This document shows, one piece after another, positions 56,457-64,000 of a stretch of DNA of 64,000 bases. The stretch is from a virus. The notes below the pieces were generated by a model. It ran no database searches. It was not told the DNA's origin and was given only the letters and a program-made list of their open reading frames with translations. The DNA lies in IMG/VR virus record IMGVR_UViG_3300044858_001474, positions 2,465-66,464 of that record, one strand, 5' to 3'. Within the stretch, counting starts at the first letter, position 1. Every line of letters starts with the position of its first letter. A program made the position numbers and the translations under genes.

Positions 56457-57501
56457 GTTTCTTAGCCGCTCCTAAGCCTTGTATGTTAACTGCTTCTTTA
56501 CGCACTTCCATCATAAGGTGTCTTAAGAACTCTGCACCTGCTTTAGAGGAGCCATTACCCAAAGCACTTACTACATCAGCAGGGATAATATAGGCGCCAT
56601 CTTTAAGGGGGATTTGACCTCCATGTGCAAGAGCTGTAAGACCTCCAGTAGCTTTACCAATACCACTTAATGAAGATAAAGGTCCTGAAGGAGAACCAAA
56701 CCCTAAACCTTTTAAATTTGCCATACCCGCCTGATTTTGATTTGCAAAGTCTATAGCTCCTTGAGCGTTTTGTTGTTCTGCTTTCTTAGCGGCGTCTTGA
56801 GCGTCTACTATGCTCTGTCCTGCGTAATCGGTTACAGCCCCTGCACCTAATGCGTTAAGTCCTGTACTTAGTTGATCGCCTGTTATAGGGACTCCAGCTT
56901 TACTTATCCCAGATGCAGCACTATCTGCTAGACCACTTAAAGCCCCTCCTGATTCAGGAGTTGCTGAAGCTAAACCAACAGTGTTTCCGGCGCCTCCGGG
57001 GACATTAGTACCTATTTCTGTTAAAGAAGGCATAGGTGTTTGTGCGGGTAAAGGAGTCCCGGCAGTTGCGGGAGTCCCGGCTACAGGACTAGGTCCAGCA
57101 GCACCAGCCGCTCCACCAGTAACAGCACCAGATGCGCCCCCAATCATAGCTCCTTTACCAACATCTTCACCGCCTGCGGCTGCACCTGCGGCACCACCAG
57201 CAGCACCAGCAACCCCTCCAATTACAGCTCCCGTAGCTGTAGAACCAACTGCAGAAGTAAGGGGTGCGGCAACTGCCGAACCTAATCCCGGAGCTACCCC
57301 GCCAGTTACTGCGCCACCAACTCCTCCCATAAGGGCGCCTTTACCTACATCCTCTCCAGAGGCTGCCGCTTTTATTGCCCCTATACCAGCACCTGCGGTG
57401 CCTCCAACAGCTACCCCTCCAAGTATAGCAGCTGCCGTGCCTGATAAAGCCCCTAAAGAAATTGTCGTTCCTACTGTTGCTAACGCCGCTATAAGACTCA
57501 T
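56446..57501 (-). CDS. Gly/Ala-rich internal virion protein
   Basis: Glycine-zipper N-terminus; LKDGAYIIPADVVSALGNG domain. Confidence 0.7.
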   Translation of the reverse strand: MSLIAALATVGTTISLGALSGTAAAILGGVAVGGTAGAGIGAIKAAASGEDVGKGALMGGVGGAVTGGVAPGLGSAVAAPLTSAVGSTATGAVIGGVAGAAGGAAGAAAGGEDVGKGAMIGGASGAVTGGAAGAAGPSPVAGTPATAGTPLPAQTPMPSLTEIGTNVPGGAGNTVGLASATPESGGALSGLADSAASGISKAGVPITGDQLSTGLNALGAGAVTDYAGQSIVDAQDAAKKAEQQNAQGAIDFANQNQAGMANLKGLGFGSPSGPLSSLSGIGKATGGLTALAHGGQIPLKDGAYIIPADVVSALGNGSSKAGAEFLRHLMMEVRKEAVNIQGLGAAKKHAS

Positions 57502-57944
57502 TGTTCTGTTCCTATTCTTAACTGATTATCCAAGTACTCCGCCATAGTATTAAACGAAAGCACTTCAACTATATTATTATCATCTTGTTCAGTACATGCA
57601 TGTATAGTAGCAAATTCCACTTCTTCGTGCACATAAACTACACGGTGCGTTCCAGCTGGTGTTACAAACATATCAGGGGCAATTACTTCTTTAGACTCAC
57701 CCTCAGAGTTAAGCATTGTTATACGTCCTCTAAAAGCCACAGATATATGATCTGTTTTGTGCACTCTTGTAGTAAAAAAGCACCCTGCGGGGACAATGAT
57801 CCTACGCCCGTATAACTCTTTTGTGTGGTAGTGCTTTAGGGGAGTTTCTACAGATGGTAATTCACCACTGTCCACTTTAGCCTGTATACACACTGCCAGC
57901 TCATCAATAGAGTTTACGATTCCTTGGGTCTGAACGGAGTTCAT
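57498..57944 (-). CDS. Cupin-like protein
   Basis: LY.R.I.VPAG..VHKTDH..G..AP..F..PAG..R....HEE..FATIH. Confidence 0.65.
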   Translation of the reverse strand: MNSVQTQGIVNSIDELAVCIQAKVDSGELPSVETPLKHYHTKELYGRRIIVPAGCFFTTRVHKTDHISVAFRGRITMLNSEGESKEVIAPDMFVTPAGTHRVVYVHEEVEFATIHACTEQDDNNIVEVLSFNTMAEYLDNQLRIGTEQ

Positions 57945-59353
57945 GCTTTACCTTTTACTGCTCTAGCCAACATCTTTTCAGCAGCCAATTTACCTGCGTT
58001 TTGTTTAATCTGTTCTTTTTTACCATGCGCCGCTTGTCTTACTATAGGCAGTAGATTATCTAATAACTTAGCGCCTTTTTCAGGGTCGCCAAAACCTAAT
58101 ATACGCACTAGATCTGGAGGTACAACATACTCACCATCAGCCAATCTGATCTCTTCTTCACCGTCTATATTAGCAGGGATGTCATCAGACATACCATCAC
58201 CCGGACCATCTAGCATACCACCGTCTTCAAACCCTTGGATAACCTCATGACGTTGTGGAGTAGATGCTGGGTAAGGTCTAGCACTGGCTATTTGAGATTG
58301 TGGGTAAAAAGCATTTGGGTTTATAGGTTGTGTATTAACATAACCGCCTGTTGCCAACCCAAGCTCATTTTTAATTTCGTTTTGTTCATAAGGAACGTCT
58401 AGTTTTTCTATCATAGAGCTATATTTAGGAGGCAACGTGAATGATACAGGAGTACCCCCCATTGGGATTTGCACGTTCATAGACCCCCCAGTTGCGGCAC
58501 CTCTAGGCGTAATTATGTCTTTATAGTAGTTAAACTGTGTTTGAGTATCAGGGCTATTAAGGCTAGAAAGTGACGCTAAGGGGTATCCTAAGTCTTTAAA
58601 ATATTGTTGCTGCTGTTGTTCATTAGCGTCAATTTGAGCTTGTTCTTGCTCAGCTTGTTTTTTATAAGCGGCGTTTTGCTGAATCATATCAGTAGCCGCT
58701 GTACCTAGTGCAGTGCCTGTGCCTACAGGGTAGAGTAAAGACTCCATACCTGCTTTAGAACCCATAGCGGAGGCTTGTTGACTAAGTGCGTCCTCAGCTA
58801 CAGCTCCATAACCCCGTGCAGGGATAGCCGCACTTAGTCCGCCGGGCGTACTTACTCCGTTAGATACATTAGTAATAGCAGTGCTAGGAATAGCGTCACT
58901 AACACCCGGTACAGCTTTACCCAATCCTGCTTTACCTGCGGTGTCTAAACCTGCTCCAGAGGCATCAAAACTACCTACCCCACCATAACCACTCACACCA
59001 CCAGCTAGTGCTCCGCCTATTGCGCCAGAACCAAAACCTTTACCTTCAGCTGCGCTTGATACCCCTCCAAGTAAAGCCCCAGTACTAGCACCTACTCCTA
59101 CTCCTGTTAGAGCCCCACCGCCTAAAGCAGCTGCACCTACGCCTCCTGTATACGCCCCAGCAATACCTATAAGTGCCGTTTCTAGTACTTTTTTCCAAGA
59201 AAATGCTTCTGGAAGACCTGTGTGTGGGTTAGTTGATACAGGGCCTAATAATGATTGAAGCCCAGCTAGTTCGTCTTTGCTTACGTGTATTAAGGTGTTA
59301 TCGCCTTCACGCCCTAGAGCAGCTAAGCCTTTTGCAGTTGTGTTATATGCCAT
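57941..59353 (-). CDS. Internal virion protein
   Basis: GR.GD..L.H..E..STNPHTGLPEAF; GPGDGMSDDIPA..LADGEYVVP. Confidence 0.72.
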   Translation of the reverse strand: MAYNTTAKGLAALGREGDNTLIHVSKDELAGLQSLLGPVSTNPHTGLPEAFSWKKVLETALIGIAGAYTGGVGAAALGGGALTGVGVGASTGALLGGVSSAAEGKGFGSGAIGGALAGGVSGYGGVGSFDASGAGLDTAGKAGLGKAVPGVSDAIPSTAITNVSNGVSTPGGLSAAIPARGYGAVAEDALSQQASAMGSKAGMESLLYPVGTGTALGTAATDMIQQNAAYKKQAEQEQAQIDANEQQQQQYFKDLGYPLASLSSLNSPDTQTQFNYYKDIITPRGAATGGSMNVQIPMGGTPVSFTLPPKYSSMIEKLDVPYEQNEIKNELGLATGGYVNTQPINPNAFYPQSQIASARPYPASTPQRHEVIQGFEDGGMLDGPGDGMSDDIPANIDGEEEIRLADGEYVVPPDLVRILGFGDPEKGAKLLDNLLPIVRQAAHGKKEQIKQNAGKLAAEKMLARAVKGKA

Positions 59354-59362
59354 GATTAATCT

Positions 59363-59695
59363 CTATACAATTTTAAGGGTGCCAGCACTATTCCAAACAT
59401 CACCAGAACTTAACCCAGTAGCGGAAGTTGGAAGGTCCGCAATATTAACAATCGTTTTATTCACTAAGGCACTAGCAGGGTCTATTATATGTTCTATAGA
59501 AGCTACAGGCTGTACGGCACCCGCCCCCGTTAGAGTAATCACAAGATCAGTACCACGTAAATGCCCCGGATTAGCTTGCTGTTGTATGTAGTAGTTCAGT
59601 AGCCGTATCAAAGAGTTCATATACTGCACATCATACTCAAGCGGTGGCAGTGGAAGTACGTCAGGAGTTGGAATACTAAAGCCGGGATTTTTCAT
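59363..59695 (-). CDS. Tail accessory protein
   Basis: LPLPPLEYD; LPTSATGLSSGDVWN..GTLKIV. Confidence 0.6.
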   Translation of the reverse strand: MKNPGFSIPTPDVLPLPPLEYDVQYMNSLIRLLNYYIQQQANPGHLRGTDLVITLTGAGAVQPVASIEHIIDPASALVNKTIVNIADLPTSATGLSSGDVWNSAGTLKIV

Positions 59696-59697
59696 AT

Positions 59698-61941
59698 TTA
59701 CCTACGTCCATCAGGTTGCACTTCGAGTCTAGGGGTTCCTAACTGCCACTTTATACCTAAATCTTCACTACCAATTCTAAAGGCTACCTGTCTACCTCTT
59801 AAGCGTATCCATATTTGATCGGTGTAATCATACACCTGAGTAGTCACTTTATTACCTGCAACTACAGGAGCGTCAGCAGAAGTAAAAACACCTTGCCCCG
59901 GAAAGTTTCTAGCAGATATAGTCATAACAACTGAAGGAGCAGGTACGGTAGAACCAATAAAGTCAACGTCAGGAATAACCCGCTTAACAAAAGAAAACTG
60001 ATCGCCCTCACCAATATCAAAATCGGCACTCTCTATATAACTTACAATCGCACTAGGAGGATTAGTTAACCCATTGTCCACACTACTTTCATGCTGCACC
60101 AACATACCATCAACAGTAGCCCAAGGAAGTCCCTGTATATGTGAGTCTAGCCACGCAGTGCGTTCCATTTGCCCGTAGTACCAAAGCTTTTCAAGGTAGT
60201 TGTAAATAACATAACGGTCAATGACTTCAGAGTCTGCAGAAGGATAAAACCACCAGATCTCATTATACTTTTCATTAGTGCCAGAGCATACTTGAGCTGA
60301 TTGGTCGGTGTTAAAGTCATCAAATATATACTGTCTTAACGAACAAGGAAGCGTGTCTACACGCCCAGAATAAGCATAGAATTTATCAATACCCATCCAG
60401 TAAGTAATGCCGTTAGCCGTAGTAGCCGCATTTGGAGAAGCTATAGTTATTTCAGCAGAGACAAGATTAAACCCGAATATAAAAGGCTGCCCTTGATACT
60501 GCATAGAGTAGATAGCAGAGTCTGTCCAAATTAAAACTTCTTTACGTGTCTTCTCTGAAGTAACTATCTCACTACCATTAGTGAGCCTATAAAATCCCGC
60601 AGTGTTTGTTATATCTGCAGGGTCCCAGATAAGTGGGTTTTCTTGGTCGCACCATTGTACTAATAAAGGGTCTCTCACAGCGTTAATCGCTGTTCCTGTA
60701 GTGGCTCCTGAGCCCGCCCCTGTAGCTATAAAGTACTGCCCTATTTCGTTTTTAGCTGCACCAAGAAGTGTAAAGTCTGTAGTCCCTACACTATCAATAA
60801 CATAAGCTGTTCCTAGTACAAAACTACCTGCAGAAACAACAGGAAGCGTAGGGTCATTAGCCCCTAGTACAACAACATGGCGCTCTTCAGTAACAAACAC
60901 CCGAGTACCCACAGCAGGAGCAAACCCATCAGTCCCCCCTATATCACGAATATTAATCCCCCGCCCCGATACTTGACCACTTAAAGAAACATTAGACCCT
61001 GCATAGTAATAGATAGGGCCGTACTCAGCATTAAAGAATAAGTCTTGCCCAAAGGTATCAGCACTCCACAAACGGATCTCATCTTCAATTCCATTACTTT
61101 GATAGGGGGTATTCCACCCATGATTTCCATTCCAAGGCCCTGCACCCCAACCAGCACCAAAGCTAGTAGTATTTAACCCAGTAGTTGCTTGATAAGCCGC
61201 TACAACAGGAGCAGAGCCACCGCCCGCAGTTACTGAAGTAGATTGAACCCCTGTGTCTATATTGATATAAGCAGCATCAGTGTATTTGATTTCGTATTCT
61301 TTATTAAGGTCATCTACTGTATAAGGACCGAACGCCGTAGCGCCACTAAAAGTTACAAAGTCATTAGGTGTTGCATGGTTATATGGAGAGTCTACCGTTA
61401 CCCAAGAGCTTGTTACCGGAGTGGTTGCACTATGTGCAGCTGCAGTAGTTCCGTTATACCCACGAATACAACCTGATAAAGTGTTAATAGATGCAGTGCT
61501 TACCCATATCTCTTCGGAGTCAATCTTAATAATATACGGTGCTAAACGAGTAAAAGACGTACCACTAACGACATCAAAAGACGTATCTGTAGCCGTAATA
61601 CTAGCATTTAAAGTAGAGTATATAGGTAGAAAAGGGTTTGTAGGGAGGTTTAAAGTAACTCGTATTGGGGTTATATCAAAGTACGCACCGCCAGAATATA
61701 TGTAGTATTTTAAGTTAGTCCCCAGTCCTAGCAGATAGAACCCAGATAAAGTAACCCATTCTACAATGTGTTTGCAGTCCCCAAGGAACGTAGCTGACGT
61801 AGCTGGCGCCCAACCTCCTAACTTTTCAGGCATACCTGAACGGAAGCGTATCTTATCACAGGCATACCAACCACCTGAGTTAGCTAAATCTGTAGACTCT
61901 CTTGATACGCCCGGCCTAAATTGTAGGTATTGTAAAGGCAT
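59698..61941 (-). CDS. Tail tubular B / DNA stabilization-like protein
   Basis: RFRSG.PEKLGGW, WCDQE, EIWWFYPS, RTAW, RLRGRQ..QPDGRR. Confidence 0.75.
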   Translation of the reverse strand: MPLQYLQFRPGVSRESTDLANSGGWYACDKIRFRSGMPEKLGGWAPATSATFLGDCKHIVEWVTLSGFYLLGLGTNLKYYIYSGGAYFDITPIRVTLNLPTNPFLPIYSTLNASITATDTSFDVVSGTSFTRLAPYIIKIDSEEIWVSTASINTLSGCIRGYNGTTAAAHSATTPVTSSWVTVDSPYNHATPNDFVTFSGATAFGPYTVDDLNKEYEIKYTDAAYINIDTGVQSTSVTAGGGSAPVVAAYQATTGLNTTSFGAGWGAGPWNGNHGWNTPYQSNGIEDEIRLWSADTFGQDLFFNAEYGPIYYYAGSNVSLSGQVSGRGINIRDIGGTDGFAPAVGTRVFVTEERHVVVLGANDPTLPVVSAGSFVLGTAYVIDSVGTTDFTLLGAAKNEIGQYFIATGAGSGATTGTAINAVRDPLLVQWCDQENPLIWDPADITNTAGFYRLTNGSEIVTSEKTRKEVLIWTDSAIYSMQYQGQPFIFGFNLVSAEITIASPNAATTANGITYWMGIDKFYAYSGRVDTLPCSLRQYIFDDFNTDQSAQVCSGTNEKYNEIWWFYPSADSEVIDRYVIYNYLEKLWYYGQMERTAWLDSHIQGLPWATVDGMLVQHESSVDNGLTNPPSAIVSYIESADFDIGEGDQFSFVKRVIPDVDFIGSTVPAPSVVMTISARNFPGQGVFTSADAPVVAGNKVTTQVYDYTDQIWIRLRGRQVAFRIGSEDLGIKWQLGTPRLEVQPDGRR

Positions 61942-61954
61942 CTATATGCCCCCG

Positions 61955-62527
61955 TTATAGGCTTAAAATAAAATTAGCGGCGAACTTGGAGTTTAACTGA
62001 TCTTGTACTGATGATGTAACCCCACTTAAATAACCTAGTTCCGTATCTGTAACTGCAGAGCCTGTCAATATACCAAGAGCATCTGTAATAACCGCAACAT
62101 TAGGCGCATAGGTAGCAAGCACATTGTCGTTAGCTGTAAAAAAGTCAACCCCATCACTATAGACCATAGTGGCAACGCCCGGAGTAACCGTAATGCCCGA
62201 ACTACCAACTGCCGTAGTTATTATCTCAACGTCACTATCAGAGTCATTAGCAACTACATACACCTTAGATACAGCAGGGGCTAGTATCTGTCTTGAAACT
62301 CCCGGAGTTCCCGTTATGCTAAGAACCATTTGTCTAGATTGGTCAGATACCCCATTCAAAGCAGTTAAGGTAACATTTCCCGCAGTAACATCTATACTGG
62401 CTAAACCCGCAATGGCTTGCTCTATAAGAGTCCCTAAGTTGGTATTAGTTGTAATACCCCATTGATTGGCTTGCTCGCCAGAGGCGATTAGTTGTATGCG
62501 TAAATTAGAGCTATATGTACTCGGCAT
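61955..62527 (-). CDS. Tail fiber-related protein
   Basis: MPSTYS..GEQ..WG..TNTNL..EQAIAG; ELGYLSGVTS.VQ.QL. Confidence 0.65.
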   Translation of the reverse strand: MPSTYSSNLRIQLIASGEQANQWGITTNTNLGTLIEQAIAGLASIDVTAGNVTLTALNGVSDQSRQMVLSITGTPGVSRQILAPAVSKVYVVANDSDSDVEIITTAVGSSGITVTPGVATMVYSDGVDFFTANDNVLATYAPNVAVITDALGILTGSAVTDTELGYLSGVTSSVQDQLNSKFAANFILSL

Positions 62528-62538
62528 CTTCGTATCTC

Positions 62539-63168
62539 TTAAGTAGGTATTTCAGTCCAATCGGGATTCTGAGCAGTGTTTATTTCAGTCCAACCTGATG
62601 ATTGCGTTGTATTTATGCTCGTCCAATTAGGGTTCTGCGATGGGTCTATTTTGTTCCACATACGCATAGAATGCAAGGTTAATTGCATGTTTTGGCTGCC
62701 TAATGTAGGCGCTACAGCCTCTTTTGTGCTATTTTGTGTTAGTGTTAGAGACTGGCCTATTAATTCGTAGTTAGATGCAGCTGTTACAGCTACATCGGTT
62801 TGAGTCAGCACAAGGGCTGTTTGCCCTGTTAATATTGCATTTGCCGCTGCTGTAGCCTCTACTGAATTGAGAGCTAAGTTCATTGCTACTTGACCTAAAA
62901 GCAACTTTACACTACTAGCTGTTATACTTAGGTTGTTTTGAGTAAATGCTAGGCTTTGGCCTACCAGCGTGTAGCTTGCTGTGGCGGTTACGGATGTAGA
63001 GTTTTGAGTCAATACAAGGGCTGTTTGCCCTGTAAGGTTTATGGTAGCTGATATTGCAGCTGAGACAGAGGATTGTGTTAAGGTTAGGTTTTGCCCCGCT
63101 AGAGTGACAGTGTTTCCTAGCAGTATGTCCGCTATTGGTATAGTCGCAAGAGGAGCAAACCCAAGCAT
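62539..63168 (-). CDS. Repetitive structural protein
   Basis: Repeats of LxGQxLxLTQ; C-terminal WT.I repeats. Confidence 0.65.
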   Translation of the reverse strand: MLGFAPLATIPIADILLGNTVTLAGQNLTLTQSSVSAAISATINLTGQTALVLTQNSTSVTATASYTLVGQSLAFTQNNLSITASSVKLLLGQVAMNLALNSVEATAAANAILTGQTALVLTQTDVAVTAASNYELIGQSLTLTQNSTKEAVAPTLGSQNMQLTLHSMRMWNKIDPSQNPNWTSINTTQSSGWTEINTAQNPDWTEIPT

Positions 63169-63344
63169 TATGTTTTGTTCTTAGTTATAACAGCAATAAA
63201 GCCAGCAGCACTTACACCGAAGCTTACAATTTCTTTACTAAGAGCAGGATCTAAGTTTAACCCTGCAGTTGTTAGTATAGCCGCTAGGCCGTACCATGTT
63301 GAGCTTTCTTGCAATCTTGCTAGTACCCACGAGAAAAACGCCAT
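63168..63344 (-). CDS. Holin-like small membrane protein (58 aa), not in ORF track
   Basis: MAFFSWVLARLQESSTWYGLAAILTTAG..GVSAAGFIAVI; two hydrophobic segments; GGAG RBS; next to the endolysin. Confidence 0.7.
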   Translation of the reverse strand: MAFFSWVLARLQESSTWYGLAAILTTAGLNLDPALSKEIVSFGVSAAGFIAVITKNKT

Positions 63345-63357
63345 TGTTAACTCCTAA

Positions 63358-63729
63358 TTATCTATGTATCTGCCAGTGAGGACCGTCTTTAAAAGTCTTC
63401 CAGTCTCCACCCCATTCTATAAAAACCCCGACATCTTGCGCAGCCTCTTTAATGAAGGCAGATAAGGCATTATAGTACTTCCAATCCCATGAAACTTCTC
63501 CCCCCACTATAGGTGCTATATCCACTGCATGACCTGTAATATGGTAAGAGTCCATCGTTTTAGAAGCACCTTTATCTACCAAATAGCGTTGTCTTTCTTT
63601 AGAGCGTAAACCTTCAAGTACCACAAAATCTAAAGGCGTTATAGTAATGGCATGTTGTACTACCTTTACCAAATCAGGGTGCACCCCCTCTAACCGCTTT
63701 AAAGACTTCTCGCTTAACTTAAAACTCAT
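63358..63729 (-). CDS. Endolysin, peptidase M15 (L-Ala-D-Glu peptidase)
   Basis: EGLRS..RQ, S.H.TG.AVD, WGGDW..DGPHWQ. Confidence 0.92.
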   Translation of the reverse strand: MSFKLSEKSLKRLEGVHPDLVKVVQHAITITPLDFVVLEGLRSKERQRYLVDKGASKTMDSYHITGHAVDIAPIVGGEVSWDWKYYNALSAFIKEAAQDVGVFIEWGGDWKTFKDGPHWQIHR

Positions 63730-63741
63730 TATACATCCCTT

Positions 63742-64000
63742 TTAGTTAGACGGTGGTACGAAGTTGTTTAGCTCTTGTTGTATAACATCTAACTGATCTT
63801 GTGTAGTTGCTGCAGTAATCTCAACATTAATTCTTTCATAACGTGTTTGAGCATCTGCAACGACTTGAGCATCGTAGTGCGTATTAGGGTTGCCGTCAGT
63901 TTCAGTTTGCGCTTCATAAGCTACAACTTGGTTGAATTGGCCTGAGTTCTGACCCTTCATATTAGACTTACGGCTATCAATAGAGATGTTATAAACTGTC
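63742..64000 (-). CDS. 3' part of a hypothetical gene entering from beyond the window
   Basis: Frame stays open to the window edge. Confidence 0.5.
   Translation of the reverse strand, partial: TVYNISIDSRKSNMKGQNSGQFNQVVAYEAQTETDGNPNTHYDAQVVADAQTRYERINVEITAATTQDQLDVIQQELNNFVPPSN

Noticed and set aside
46343-62770. Many plus-strand ORFs antisense to late genes (and minus-strand ORFs in 20-45 kb)
   Set aside because: Shadow frames of real genes; no RBS or recognisable motifs

Overview
Most of a lytic-looking, podovirus-like dsDNA tailed phage genome. The host is probably a gammaproteobacterium, inferred from the phage's RpoA-CTD-like and RpoD-region-4-like proteins. There are two transcription arms. 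The minus strand (1-19.3 kb and 45.8-64 kb) carries late genes: terminase, portal, GroES, scaffold, major capsid, tail and ejection proteins, a 2208-aa transglycosylase-bearing internal protein, lysis genes, an RCC1-repeat protein and a sulfotransferase-TPR-glycosyltransferase fusion. The plus strand (19.6-45.8 kb) carries early and replication genes: AAA+/VWA module, PolA, PD-(D/E)XK nuclease, SNF2 helicase, SSB and primase-helicase. I saw no integrase, tRNA, CRISPR array, reverse transcriptase or intron. The strongest candidate for an undescribed system is a host-RNA-polymerase hijack module. It has three proteins that copy or target RNAP surfaces: an HTH-sigma70 region 4 fusion, a free alpha-CTD fusion and a TraR-like protein. 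Alongside them are a covarying RNA hairpin at a fixed distance downstream of four sigma70 promoters and a six-copy GCTAAGTTATA-type palindrome. Other notable items are an about 14 kb GATC-free early segment with GCWGC-avoiding Ala-Ala codons, a dyad-symmetric origin-like region, two candidate pseudoknotted RNAs, and an xxGG peptide motif shared by many virion proteins. All motif counts and family calls were made by eye or from memory and need computational confirmation.
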